DNA of 32,000 nt, taken from assembly GCF_003966335.1 (NCBI RefSeq), contig NZ_CP034549.1:300001-332000 (forward strand). Reading direction: 5' to 3'. Shown piece after piece: positions 1 to 8,875 of this stretch. Each line of letters opens with the position of its first letter. Position 1 is the first letter of the stretch. Source of the stretch: Nonlabens ponticola (GTDB lineage Bacteria; Bacteroidota; Bacteroidia; Flavobacteriales; Flavobacteriaceae). A program made the position numbers and the translations under genes. The notes under the pieces are model-generated. The model saw nothing but the letters and a program-made list of their open reading frames with translations, had not been told where the DNA came from and ran no database searches.

Positions 1-845
1 ACAAGAACCGCATGTTCATGCTTGATATTATCAATGCAAACGACTGGAAACGTCCTATTTACTTTTCTGGTGGTGCCTTTGGTGATGAAGATTATATCTG
101 GATGAAAGATTACCTGCAGTTGGATGGTAATGCGTATCGTCTAGTACCTATCTACACGCCACCGCAGGATGCTCGCAATCCATTTGATATGGGCCGTGTG
201 GATCCAGACTATGCCTATGAAGTAATTAAAGGATGGGATTGGGGAAATAGCGGCAGCAGTGAGATCTATCACGATGTGGAAACAAGACGCAACAGTGTAG
301 GTTACCGTAGCAATATCACCAGAGCCGCGCAAGCACTCATTGCAGACGGTCAACTTAAAAGAGCAGAGGAAATTCTTGACCTGGGAATGGATAAAATGCC
401 GTTGGATTATTATGGCCATTACTCGATGATTGAACCCTTTGTGTCTTCTTATTATGAAATAGGTAGTACAGAAAAGGCTTGCGAGCTATTAAGTCGCACG
501 ATTTATAAATATCAAGATGAGATCGATCATTATGCTGCCCTTAAGCTTGAAGAGCAAGTAGGAACGGCTCAGGAAATCATCACTGCTGTTGAACGCTACA
601 GAGCGCTGGTGCAAACCTCAATTACCTATAATGACGATGTCATGATCCAGGAACACCTGGATAGATTCAATGAGTATGTACTGATGTTCCCTAGGTTTTA
701 TGACCGCAGTGAAATGTTGACCCTAGAGTCAAGCGACGTTCAAGATTCTGCAAGTGATGCTTTGTTACAATTGCTGGAAAATGATATCGATAATGCCGAT
801 GCACAGCGAGTTATTGAACCTGTGACAACTGATACGGCACAATAA
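1..845 (+). CDS. C-terminal part of a large membrane protein, probably DUF2723/glycosyltransferase family 117-like. It is 5'-truncated by the window edge.
   Basis: The frame is open from the window start (codons in frame from nt 3) with no upstream stop. The tail is TPR-like and helical. The ...NDWKRPIYFSGGA...YRLVP... segment resembles Bacteroidota DUF2723 C-termini from memory. Its stop overlaps the next start (TAATG). Confidence 0.6.
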   Translation, partial: KNRMFMLDIINANDWKRPIYFSGGAFGDEDYIWMKDYLQLDGNAYRLVPIYTPPQDARNPFDMGRVDPDYAYEVIKGWDWGNSGSSEIYHDVETRRNSVGYRSNITRAAQALIADGQLKRAEEILDLGMDKMPLDYYGHYSMIEPFVSSYYEIGSTEKACELLSRTIYKYQDEIDHYAALKLEEQVGTAQEIITAVERYRALVQTSITYNDDVMIQEHLDRFNEYVLMFPRFYDRSEMLTLESSDVQDSASDALLQLLENDIDNADAQRVIEPVTTDTAQ

Positions 846-1462
846 TGCGTTGGTATCCAGATCGCATACCTGACTGGATATCATCGTTATTTCCTAATTA
901 CACTTGGCACAAAAACAGGTCAACTAAAACAATTTATTTGACCTTTGACGACGGGCCAACGCCTATAGCCACTAGTTATGTGCTAGAATTGCTAGACAAG
1001 TTTAATTTCAAGGCTACATTCTTTCTTATAGGTGATCGAGCACAGCGATATCCTGAATTAAAACAGCAATTAATAGATCATGGACACTCCATTGGGAATC
1101 ATACTCACAATCACCTGAACGCTTGGAAAACTTCAAATAACGAGTATCTAGATAATGTAGCTTTCGCGAAAGCTAACACCAGTAATAAATTATTCAGACC
1201 GCCGTATGGTCGGGTCAGACCAGGCATCACTAACGCCTTGATTAAGGAAGACTATGAGATTGTTTTGTGGGATGTATTGTCAGGCGATTTTGATGTTTCA
1301 AGAACAGCAGAAAGCTGTCTGAAAAATTTAATGAATGCCACTCGCAATGGTAGTATTATCGTTTTTCATGATAGTGATAAAAGCTATGAGAAATTGCAAA
1401 AAATCTTACCTAATTACTTCCGTTGGCTGAGAAATCGAGGATATAAAAGCGCTAGGCTTTAA
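845..1462 (+). CDS. Polysaccharide deacetylase family protein (NodB homology / CE4)
   Basis: CE4 motifs are present: LTFDDGP, HSIGNHTHNH and RPPYG. The ATG overlaps the upstream stop by 1 nt, which suggests translational coupling. Confidence 0.85.
   Translation: MRWYPDRIPDWISSLFPNYTWHKNRSTKTIYLTFDDGPTPIATSYVLELLDKFNFKATFFLIGDRAQRYPELKQQLIDHGHSIGNHTHNHLNAWKTSNNEYLDNVAFAKANTSNKLFRPPYGRVRPGITNALIKEDYEIVLWDVLSGDFDVSRTAESCLKNLMNATRNGSIIVFHDSDKSYEKLQKILPNYFRWLRNRGYKSARL
1158..1175. repeat. Copy 1 of the iterated palindrome, extended to 18 bp (TAGCTTTCGCGAAAGCTA), inside the CE4 deacetylase CDS
   Basis: Read directly from the sequence. The perfect 14-mer core is at 1160-1173 and is translated as V-AFAKA-N. 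Confidence 0.95.
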
Positions 1463-1463
1463 T

Positions 1464-1763
1464 CTAGCGTGCAAACTGATTGAGCAAGGAAATAAGTGAA
1501 CTACCATCTTGTAAACCGCTTTGACGCCATTTCATCTCACCATTTTTATAGATGATGATGGTAGGAAGGCCTTTGATACGCAATGCTTCAGACAACTGCG
1601 GGTTTTTATCTACATTAATCTTTATGATACGTGCCTTATCACCTACAGCGGCTGCCACATCTCTAAGCACTGGATGCATGCTAGTAGAATCGTCGTTCCA
1701 GTCTGTAAAAAAGTTGAATAATACAGGTACGTTTGTACTTATCAATTCACCAAATTTTGACAT
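1464..1763 (-). CDS. Thioredoxin-fold protein lacking the CxxC active site
   Basis: The 99-aa protein aligns by eye with classical Trx (..FFTDW-NDDS-..., KINVDKNPQL, GLPT cis-Pro loop, YKNGE). WCGPC is replaced by WNDDS and the protein contains no Cys at all. Confidence 0.8.
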   Translation of the reverse strand: MSKFGELISTNVPVLFNFFTDWNDDSTSMHPVLRDVAAAVGDKARIIKINVDKNPQLSEALRIKGLPTIIIYKNGEMKWRQSGLQDGSSLISLLNQFAR

Positions 1764-1854
1764 AATCGCCTTTTATTAGTAAAGTAAATGTAAGCAATAT
1801 CATCGATTTCGGTAATTCACATTATTGAATGCGCCGTTGATTGATCATTATTGA

Positions 1855-3078
1855 TTAACCTCGCTTTTTAAGTTTTATAACTGTAATTTCTGGCCAGATA
1901 CCAGCACGTCCAGAATAACCCAAAAAACCAAAACCACGATTCACATTCAAGAACCTGCCATATTCTTTATAGATACCAGCCCACTTTTTATACACAAACC
2001 AGGCAGGACTTAGTTTGATCCAGCCAGGAATCTCGATGCCCATTTGCATACCGTGCGTGTGACCGCTTAGGGTCAAGTGAAAATTAGTATCGTTTTCTTT
2101 GACCTGCGCATCCCAATGCGTTGGATCATGAGAAAGTAACACCTTGAAATCTTCATTTTGCAGTCCTTGTGATGCTTTTTCTAGATCACCATATTTTGGG
2201 AAACGGCCACCACCCCAATTTTGTACACCAACGATCTTTAAAGAATCTGCACCTCTATCGATGGATACATTCTCATCAAGCAATAATCGCCAGCCCATGT
2301 TCTTTTGAATGTCAAAAAGCTCTTGCAGGTTAGCTTGTTTTGCCTCTGGTGTTTCCCAGCTTGCATAATCGCCATAATCATGATTACCCAGTACAGAAAA
2401 GACACCATCGCTGGCAGTAAGCCTTGAGAAAATATCTTCCCAGCCGTACAACTCACTACTCACATTATTTACTAGATCACCTGTAAACAAAATGACGTCT
2501 GAAGCTTGTTTGTTGACTAGGTCGATCGCATATTTCACTTCTTCCTTATCATCAAAGGAACCCACATGAATATCACTAATCTGCGTGATTGTATAACCAT
2601 CAAATTGCTCAGGTAAATCATCAAAGCTAAGCTCATAATTGCGCACTTGATAATCATATTTCCCCTTAAATGCACCGTAAAAAATCGCTCCAAAAGGCAG
2701 TGCGGCAACACCCAATCCTAACATGGATAGAAACTTGCGCCTGCTAGGTAAAAAGCTACTGTTGCTAGCTGCATCTAAAGTCACGCGATTCCAGATTCCC
2801 GCAATCAGCCTATAAATGTCCTCACCTAGCATGAACAGGACAAAAACAACTTGTGCGACAAATACAGCGAGGAATAAAGTAATAGCAAAATCACGCGCAC
2901 TAGACGCTTGCGATCTATCTGGATTCAGGTAAAATTGCAATACGATATTCAGGATCACGAGAATGGTTGCCGCTAGATAAATCCATTTTGCCCAGTGACC
3001 ACGTGATAGCGTACGCACCAATTGAAATGCATAAAACTGAAAGCCAATAACGATTAGTAAGGTGATTATCCATCTCAT
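1855..3078 (-). CDS. Membrane-anchored metallophosphoesterase (calcineurin-like)
   Basis: The N-terminus has about 4 hydrophobic helices. Metallophosphoesterase motifs follow: SDIHVG, TGDLVN, GNHD and SGHTHG. Confidence 0.85.
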   Translation of the reverse strand: MRWIITLLIVIGFQFYAFQLVRTLSRGHWAKWIYLAATILVILNIVLQFYLNPDRSQASSARDFAITLFLAVFVAQVVFVLFMLGEDIYRLIAGIWNRVTLDAASNSSFLPSRRKFLSMLGLGVAALPFGAIFYGAFKGKYDYQVRNYELSFDDLPEQFDGYTITQISDIHVGSFDDKEEVKYAIDLVNKQASDVILFTGDLVNNVSSELYGWEDIFSRLTASDGVFSVLGNHDYGDYASWETPEAKQANLQELFDIQKNMGWRLLLDENVSIDRGADSLKIVGVQNWGGGRFPKYGDLEKASQGLQNEDFKVLLSHDPTHWDAQVKENDTNFHLTLSGHTHGMQMGIEIPGWIKLSPAWFVYKKWAGIYKEYGRFLNVNRGFGFLGYSGRAGIWPEITVIKLKKRG

Positions 3079-3189
3079 GCTGCGAAACTACTATCTACAA
3101 GCATGTTAACACACCAGCTGGTTCTTAAGGTTGTCTTAAATACAACTGGCATACTTGTTATAGACGATCAAGTGTGGTACGCCATTTGA

Positions 3190-4068
3190 ATGACCATTAG
3201 AAAAAGATATATGCGTTTTTTCAGCACCATAATAGGTATCCTAGCCTTAACTATCACCTCATGCACTGCCGCAGACGATGCCGTATCAACAGCACCTATC
3301 ACCAACTTACCAGCCGCTATTGAGAAAAATGCAAGCTATGGTAATCATACACAACAAACCTATGATTTGTACCTACCTGCAAACCGTAAAGCAAATACCA
3401 CACAAACTATCGTACTTCTGCATGGTGGTAGTTGGGTAAGCGGTGATAAATCAAGCATGGACTTTATGGTACAGCGCATTCAATCCAGCTTACCCAATCA
3501 TGCCATCATTAATATGAACTATCGACTCGCAAATGGCAGTACGGTAAAGGCATTCCCTAATCAGTTAGAAGATATTGAATTGATGCTTGACACACTCCAG
3601 GAGCAAAGTGGCAGCTGGCAAATAAGTGATAAGACCACCTTGTTGGGTGTGAGCGCTGGCGCCCATCTATCGTTATTATATGCTGCAGCTTATGATGAGA
3701 GTGATCAGGTAAATAAGGTGATAAACATCGTAGGTCCTACAGATTTTACCGATGATTTCTATGCTGGTAATCCCAGTTTTCAATTTATGTTCAATGCGTT
3801 GGTCGATGTGCCTGCTTTAAACACTAATGATCCAGTGACTGCGGTAAGCCCAGCGCAACGTATCACCACCAGCATGCCTGCCGTGTTTAATTTCTACGGT
3901 AATCAAGATCGTCTTGTCGCCTTGAGCCAGCTAGAATCTCTGGAAAAAGCTCTTGACCAGTTTGCAATTCCCTATGAAAGCACCATTTATGATGGTGGTC
4001 ATGCTAACTGGAACGAGAGCCAGTTGCAGGATCTTGAGGACAAGATTAAAAGCTTTTTAGGTGGTTAG
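3190..4068 (+). CDS. Alpha/beta hydrolase (esterase/lipase type), probably a lipoprotein
   Basis: The signal peptide ends LTITSC (lipobox-like). An HGGSW oxyanion motif and a GVSAG nucleophile elbow are present, with a C-terminal GGHANW region. Confidence 0.8.
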   Translation: MTIRKRYMRFFSTIIGILALTITSCTAADDAVSTAPITNLPAAIEKNASYGNHTQQTYDLYLPANRKANTTQTIVLLHGGSWVSGDKSSMDFMVQRIQSSLPNHAIINMNYRLANGSTVKAFPNQLEDIELMLDTLQEQSGSWQISDKTTLLGVSAGAHLSLLYAAAYDESDQVNKVINIVGPTDFTDDFYAGNPSFQFMFNALVDVPALNTNDPVTAVSPAQRITTSMPAVFNFYGNQDRLVALSQLESLEKALDQFAIPYESTIYDGGHANWNESQLQDLEDKIKSFLGG

Positions 4069-4086
4069 AGGATTGATAATGATTAC

Positions 4087-4100
4087 GCTTTCGCGAAAGC
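4087..4100. repeat. Copy 2 of the iterated palindrome GCTTTCGCGAAAGC, intergenic
   Basis: Perfect 14-mer. Its left flank TAATGATTAC (4077-4086) is identical to the flank of the copy at 20293-20302. Confidence 0.95.
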
Positions 4101-4204
4101 TGACTCACCACAAACCTCTTAACAACTTCACCTGATTTTACCCAACCGCATTGGGTAGTAATACGGCAGTAAATTATCTTTAACGTTCATCAAAAATTAC
4201 TGCT

Positions 4205-7045
4205 TTGACAAACGACGGCACTGACGATAAACGACTGTTTTTACTGGATGCATATGCACTTATTTTTAGAGGATATTATGCGCTGATCAAGAATCCACGC
4301 ATCAATTCGCAAGGCATGGATACCAGCGCAATTATGGGTTTTACCAATTCGCTGTTTGACGTTATACGCCGTGAAAAGCCAGAATATCTGGCAGTAGCTT
4401 TTGACAAGGAAGGCAGCGCAGAGCGTACGGAGCTTTATGAAGATTATAAGGCCAATCGCGACGAGACACCTGAAGCCATACGCATCGCGATTCCTTACAT
4501 TCAACGCATTCTCAAGGCGATGCACATTCCTTATATCATGGAAGCCGGTATCGAGGCAGATGACCTGATAGGAACGCTGTCAAAACAAGCCGAAAAGGAA
4601 GGCTTTACCGTTTATATGGTGACACCAGACAAGGATTATGCTCAGCTGGTTTCAGAAAATATCTTTATGTATCGTCCAGCGCGCATGGGTAATGGTATTG
4701 AGATATGGGGCATTCCTGAAGTACAGAAACGCTTTGAAGTCGAGCGACCAGAGCAAGTCATTGATTATCTAGGTATGATGGGCGACGCTAGCGACAATAT
4801 TCCTGGACTGCCTGGCGTAGGCGATAAAACAGCCAAAAAATATCTCAAGGAATACGGCAGTATGGAAGCTTTGCTAGAAAACGCCGTAAATATTAAAGGA
4901 AAAATAGGTGAGAAAATCCGCGACAATGCAGATCTGGGCAGGCTTTCAAAACAACTCGCGACCATCAAGCTGGATTGCGACGTGACCTTCAATGCCAAAA
5001 ACTACACTCTGGACGATCCAGATGTCGAGGCCGTCCACGAGATCTTTGACGAGCTGGAATTCCGCAGGGCGAAGGAAACGCTGGCCAAGATTTTTTCAAA
5101 AGAATTAGTTACTGCTGGCTCAAGCGGTGTTGGTAGCTCTTCATCGAGTTCAGATACGGCTGGTACTGGACAATTTTCACTATTTGACGCTCCAGGATCA
5201 GGAACCAAGGCAGAGGCTCAAGCTACCGGCCGCCAGACTCTTGCCACGACAGATCACCTATATCAAGTCGTTCAAGAAGGCATGGGAACCAAGCTATTCT
5301 TGCAAAAACTGATGCAACAAACAAGTGTCTGTTTTGATACCGAGACTACTGGTCTGGATCCACTGGCTGCACAACTTGTTGGGATTGCCTTTTGTTGGGA
5401 GAAAGGCAAAGGATATTATCTGCCTTTTCCAGAAGATCGTGATGCTGCGCAAGCCATTGTTGACCAGCTTAAATCGTTCTTTGAGAGTACCGACATTGAG
5501 AAGATTGGGCAAAATTTAAAATACGACATCAAGGTGCTGGACAAGTATGGCGTTGATGTAAAGGGACCGCTTTTTGATACAATGCTAGCCCATTATTTGA
5601 TCAATCCAGACATGCGTCACAACATGGACATTCTGGCCGAAACCTACCTGAACTACACGCCACAATCCATCACAGAGTTGATTGGTAAAAAAGGCAAAAA
5701 CCAGAAATCCATGCGCGATGTAGACATCGAGCAGGTCAAGGAATATGCTGTCGAGGATGCCGACATCACTTACCAACTCAAACAACACTTTGCACCGGAG
5801 CTAAAGGCGGCTGGTACCGATAAACTTTTTGCAGATATCGAGATACCACTCTTGCAGGTACTGGCAGATATGGAGATCGAGGGCATAAACCTAGATGAGG
5901 ATTATTTGGGCACGCTTTCGCGAAAGCTAACTGAAGACATCGCATCATTACAGGAAAACATCTATAAGGAAGCAGGCGAAGAGTTTAACATCGGGTCGCC
6001 AAAACAACTGGGCGAGATTTTATTTGGGAAGATGAAGCTGGTAGATAAGCCTAAAAAGACCAAAACAGGACAATATTCTACCGCTGAAGATGTGCTGAGC
6101 TACCTAGCAAAAGACCATCAAATCATTGCTGACGTCCTCGAATACCGCGGACTTACTAAGCTACAGAGTACTTATGTAGACGCCTTGCCTAATCAGGTAA
6201 ATCCTGAAACGCAGCGCATCCATACCAATTACATGCAAACGGTTGCCGCTACAGGTCGTTTGAGTTCCACAGATCCCAACCTGCAAAATATCCCGATCAG
6301 AACCGAGCGTGGTCGCCAGGTACGCAAGGCATTTATACCTCGTGATGAAAATTACACGCTACTCGCTGCCGACTACTCGCAGATTGAATTACGCATTATC
6401 GCTGCCTTGAGTGAAGAAGATAACATGATGGAAGCCTTTAAAAGCGGTGCAGACATTCACGCATCTACCGCTGCCAAAGTTTTTGACGTGGCGATAGAAG
6501 ATGTGACGCGCGAGCAGCGCAGTAATGCCAAAACGGTCAACTTTGGGATTATCTATGGCGTATCGGCTTTTGGGTTGAGTAATCAAACAGATCTCGACCG
6601 CACAGAGGCCAAAGAACTCATCGATACATACTATAAAACATATCCAAAGCTGCGTGCCTACATGGATGATCAAGTAGCTTTTGCACGCGAGAATGGTTAT
6701 GTAGAAACCGTGCTGGGTCGTCGTCGCTACCTAAAAGACATCAATAGTTCCAATGGTGTAGTGCGAGGCGCAGCCGAGCGTAATGCTGTCAACGCGCCTA
6801 TCCAAGGAAGCGCGGCAGACATTATCAAAATTGCCATGATCAACATTCACAATAAGTTTGAGGAGCTCAACTGCAAGTCAAAAATGCTACTGCAGGTGCA
6901 TGATGAACTCGTTTTTGACATTCACAACGATGAGCTGGATGACATGAGAAAACTCATCCAGGAAGAAATGGAAAACGCCTATAAAATGAGCGTACCGTTA
7001 GATGTTGAAGTAGGAATGGGCGAGAATTGGTTGGAGGCTCATTGA
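4205..7045 (+). CDS. polA: DNA polymerase I (5'-nuclease, 3'-5' exonuclease and polymerase domains)
   Basis: The N-terminus reads KRLFLLDAYALIFRGYYA. Exo motifs are FDTETTGLD, NLKYD and YAVEDAD. Polymerase motifs are DYSQIELRIIA, RSNAKTVNFGIIYG and QVHDEL. The only in-frame start after the upstream stop (4181) is TTG at 4205. Confidence 0.95.
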   Translation: MTNDGTDDKRLFLLDAYALIFRGYYALIKNPRINSQGMDTSAIMGFTNSLFDVIRREKPEYLAVAFDKEGSAERTELYEDYKANRDETPEAIRIAIPYIQRILKAMHIPYIMEAGIEADDLIGTLSKQAEKEGFTVYMVTPDKDYAQLVSENIFMYRPARMGNGIEIWGIPEVQKRFEVERPEQVIDYLGMMGDASDNIPGLPGVGDKTAKKYLKEYGSMEALLENAVNIKGKIGEKIRDNADLGRLSKQLATIKLDCDVTFNAKNYTLDDPDVEAVHEIFDELEFRRAKETLAKIFSKELVTAGSSGVGSSSSSSDTAGTGQFSLFDAPGSGTKAEAQATGRQTLATTDHLYQVVQEGMGTKLFLQKLMQQTSVCFDTETTGLDPLAAQLVGIAFCWEKGKGYYLPFPEDRDAAQAIVDQLKSFFESTDIEKIGQNLKYDIKVLDKYGVDVKGPLFDTMLAHYLINPDMRHNMDILAETYLNYTPQSITELIGKKGKNQKSMRDVDIEQVKEYAVEDADITYQLKQHFAPELKAAGTDKLFADIEIPLLQVLADMEIEGINLDEDYLGTLSRKLTEDIASLQENIYKEAGEEFNIGSPKQLGEILFGKMKLVDKPKKTKTGQYSTAEDVLSYLAKDHQIIADVLEYRGLTKLQSTYVDALPNQVNPETQRIHTNYMQTVAATGRLSSTDPNLQNIPIRTERGRQVRKAFIPRDENYTLLAADYSQIELRIIAALSEEDNMMEAFKSGADIHASTAAKVFDVAIEDVTREQRSNAKTVNFGIIYGVSAFGLSNQTDLDRTEAKELIDTYYKTYPKLRAYMDDQVAFARENGYVETVLGRRRYLKDINSSNGVVRGAAERNAVNAPIQGSAADIIKIAMINIHNKFEELNCKSKMLLQVHDELVFDIHNDELDDMRKLIQEEMENAYKMSVPLDVEVGMGENWLEAH
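5914..5927. repeat. Copy 3 of the iterated palindrome, inside polA
   Basis: Perfect 14-mer, read as T-LSRKL-T in the polA frame. Confidence 0.95.
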
Positions 7046-7066
7046 TTGCCGCGGTGCGGCAATCAA
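7042..7066 (+). terminator. Hairpin overlapping the polA stop codon, a possible terminator
   Basis: TTGATTGCCGC / GGT / GCGGCAATCAA forms a perfect 11-bp stem with a 3-nt loop. No clear U-tract follows. Confidence 0.4.
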
Positions 7067-7179
7067 TCTCCGCGTAGGCAGAGATCTATTTATCAATTAT
7101 CCACGAATTTTTCATGAAGATCGAATACAATCTGATCTCGAGAAGTTGCTTTCTAAGCAATCAATAATTCCGAAAGTGA

Positions 7180-8745
7180 TCACTCCACGATAAGCTCCAA
7201 TACTTGAGATCCTTGTTGTGAAACAACTCTTATAAAGTAAAGTCCAGATGATAAATTGCTTACATCGATGCTACTATTCTCAATGGTAGTGTTAATTCTG
7301 GATCCTGCGATATTATATAACTCAATCGTGGTGAGTTCTGCATTTGCTTTTACCTGTACGCTGTTGCTCGCTGGATTAGGATACAGTTTAACGGTCATCA
7401 CATCTAGATCATCAATACTTGCTGTTGATTCTTGGTAAACACGCACGTAGTCTATCATCATCTCGCCACGAGAAAAACTAGGCTCTACCGCTCCAGAGAT
7501 TCCGCCTAAAGCAACATTAAGCAATAAATACTGATCTGCATCAAACGGCCAGGTTCCCGCATCTTTTACTGTTGGATTATAAGTATAGAAAGGATCGCCA
7601 TCGATCATAAAAACAATTTTTTCTGGCGACCAATTAACCGAATACACATGAAAATTCTCTGACACATCACTTAATACGGTCGACTTAAAGTTCTTAGTGT
7701 TTCCTGAACATTGATCACAAGGTGTATGCAGCGCACTAGATACGTGATTGGTCTGTCCTAAGCCATGTTCCATGATATCAATTTCACCGCATGCCGGCCA
7801 GTTGGCAGTCCCATATTGCTCATCCCAAAAACCGCCATCTTCATTTATATTCTTACCCAATGTCCATATGGCGGGCCAGGTGCCTTCACCAGATGGTAAT
7901 TTGGCACGAACATCTACTCTTCCATAGGTGAAAGCAAATTTTGAATTGAGCCTTGCCGATGTGAAATCTTTTGTTTGATTTTGATCTGTGAATCTTTCTC
8001 GTTGCGCCACTATGTGTAAAAATCCATTTTCAACATAGGAATTTTCTATCCTATCTGTATAATGCTGTATCTCGCCATTGTACCAACTACCACCAGCAGG
8101 CAGCTGAGTTTGATGAAACCATTTATTACTGTCAATAGCATCCTTGCTGGTAGAATCAAATTCATCGCTCCAAACCAATCTATCATAAACTACATCTACT
8201 GGATCTGGATCCGGATCTGACACTGTGGAACCATCAATAATATCATCTAGGTAATACGTACCTGCTGTGTTCTCGCCTATATTGATGAATAAAGTGATGC
8301 GATTGTAAGAACCATTGGCGTTCACTACACCGCTACCATTACTGTATTGTGCGTTTGAAAAGTCAACCGATAGCTCTTGCCATGAATTAGCTGCAGCGCT
8401 TGTTGTAGTTTGCACCTCTACATCTGGGGCATTGCCTCGTTCTAGTTTTACCAAAACTGTATGACTATTATTATCGATGGAATAGAATTGGAAGTCTATT
8501 CTTTGATTAGTAGAAAGATCTATGGGCCGATTCAAGTCGAGGAAAAAACCTTGCGCAATCTCGCCGTTATTTTCAAAACGACCTACATCATTGTCAGCAT
8601 CGTCAGGATCAGTAATTACCGAAAAAGTGGATCCGGAGAATCCAATGAATTGATCCCTTTGATCATCAAAATCTAACGGCATTTCTTGCGCCGTTGAAAA
8701 TATAGAACTTAGGAATAATACAGATAGTGGCAGGAAGCGCATCAT
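7180..8745 (-). CDS. Secreted GH16 beta-glucanase (laminarinase-like) with an N-terminal CBM-like domain and a T9SS C-terminal sorting domain
   Basis: It has a signal peptide, a DPDPDP linker and the GH16 catalytic motif GEIDIMEH (ExDxxE), with WPAIWTLG upstream. The C-terminus (KLYPNPASNSVQV...LYNIAGSRI...SSGLYFIRV) is typical of Por/T9SS tails. Confidence 0.85.
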   Translation of the reverse strand: MMRFLPLSVLFLSSIFSTAQEMPLDFDDQRDQFIGFSGSTFSVITDPDDADNDVGRFENNGEIAQGFFLDLNRPIDLSTNQRIDFQFYSIDNNSHTVLVKLERGNAPDVEVQTTTSAAANSWQELSVDFSNAQYSNGSGVVNANGSYNRITLFINIGENTAGTYYLDDIIDGSTVSDPDPDPVDVVYDRLVWSDEFDSTSKDAIDSNKWFHQTQLPAGGSWYNGEIQHYTDRIENSYVENGFLHIVAQRERFTDQNQTKDFTSARLNSKFAFTYGRVDVRAKLPSGEGTWPAIWTLGKNINEDGGFWDEQYGTANWPACGEIDIMEHGLGQTNHVSSALHTPCDQCSGNTKNFKSTVLSDVSENFHVYSVNWSPEKIVFMIDGDPFYTYNPTVKDAGTWPFDADQYLLLNVALGGISGAVEPSFSRGEMMIDYVRVYQESTASIDDLDVMTVKLYPNPASNSVQVKANAELTTIELYNIAGSRINTTIENSSIDVSNLSSGLYFIRVVSQQGSQVLELIVE

Positions 8746-8875
8746 TATTGTAGCTATTTGCTCAAAGTTAGATCGAGTGGCGACCTATTACAAACAAATC
8801 ACCTATACAAAACCACTACAGGCACGATATTAATTGTTTTCGCTTTAACCCTGGCAATGCAATTACCGGAGAGCG

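Noticed and set aside
5100-5215. A Ser/Gly/Thr low-complexity stretch in polA (GSSGVGSSSSSSDTAGTG), considered as a possible frameshift or insertion.
   Set aside because: The frame is continuous and it lies at the natural linker between the 5'-nuclease and 3'-5' exonuclease domains. It is most simply a flexible linker.
7043-7053. GATTGCCGCGG is shared between the polA terminator hairpin and the DHFR start (11543-11553).
   Set aside because: A single shared 11-mer pair is expected by chance many times among all 11-mer pairs in 32 kb, and there is no further flank similarity.
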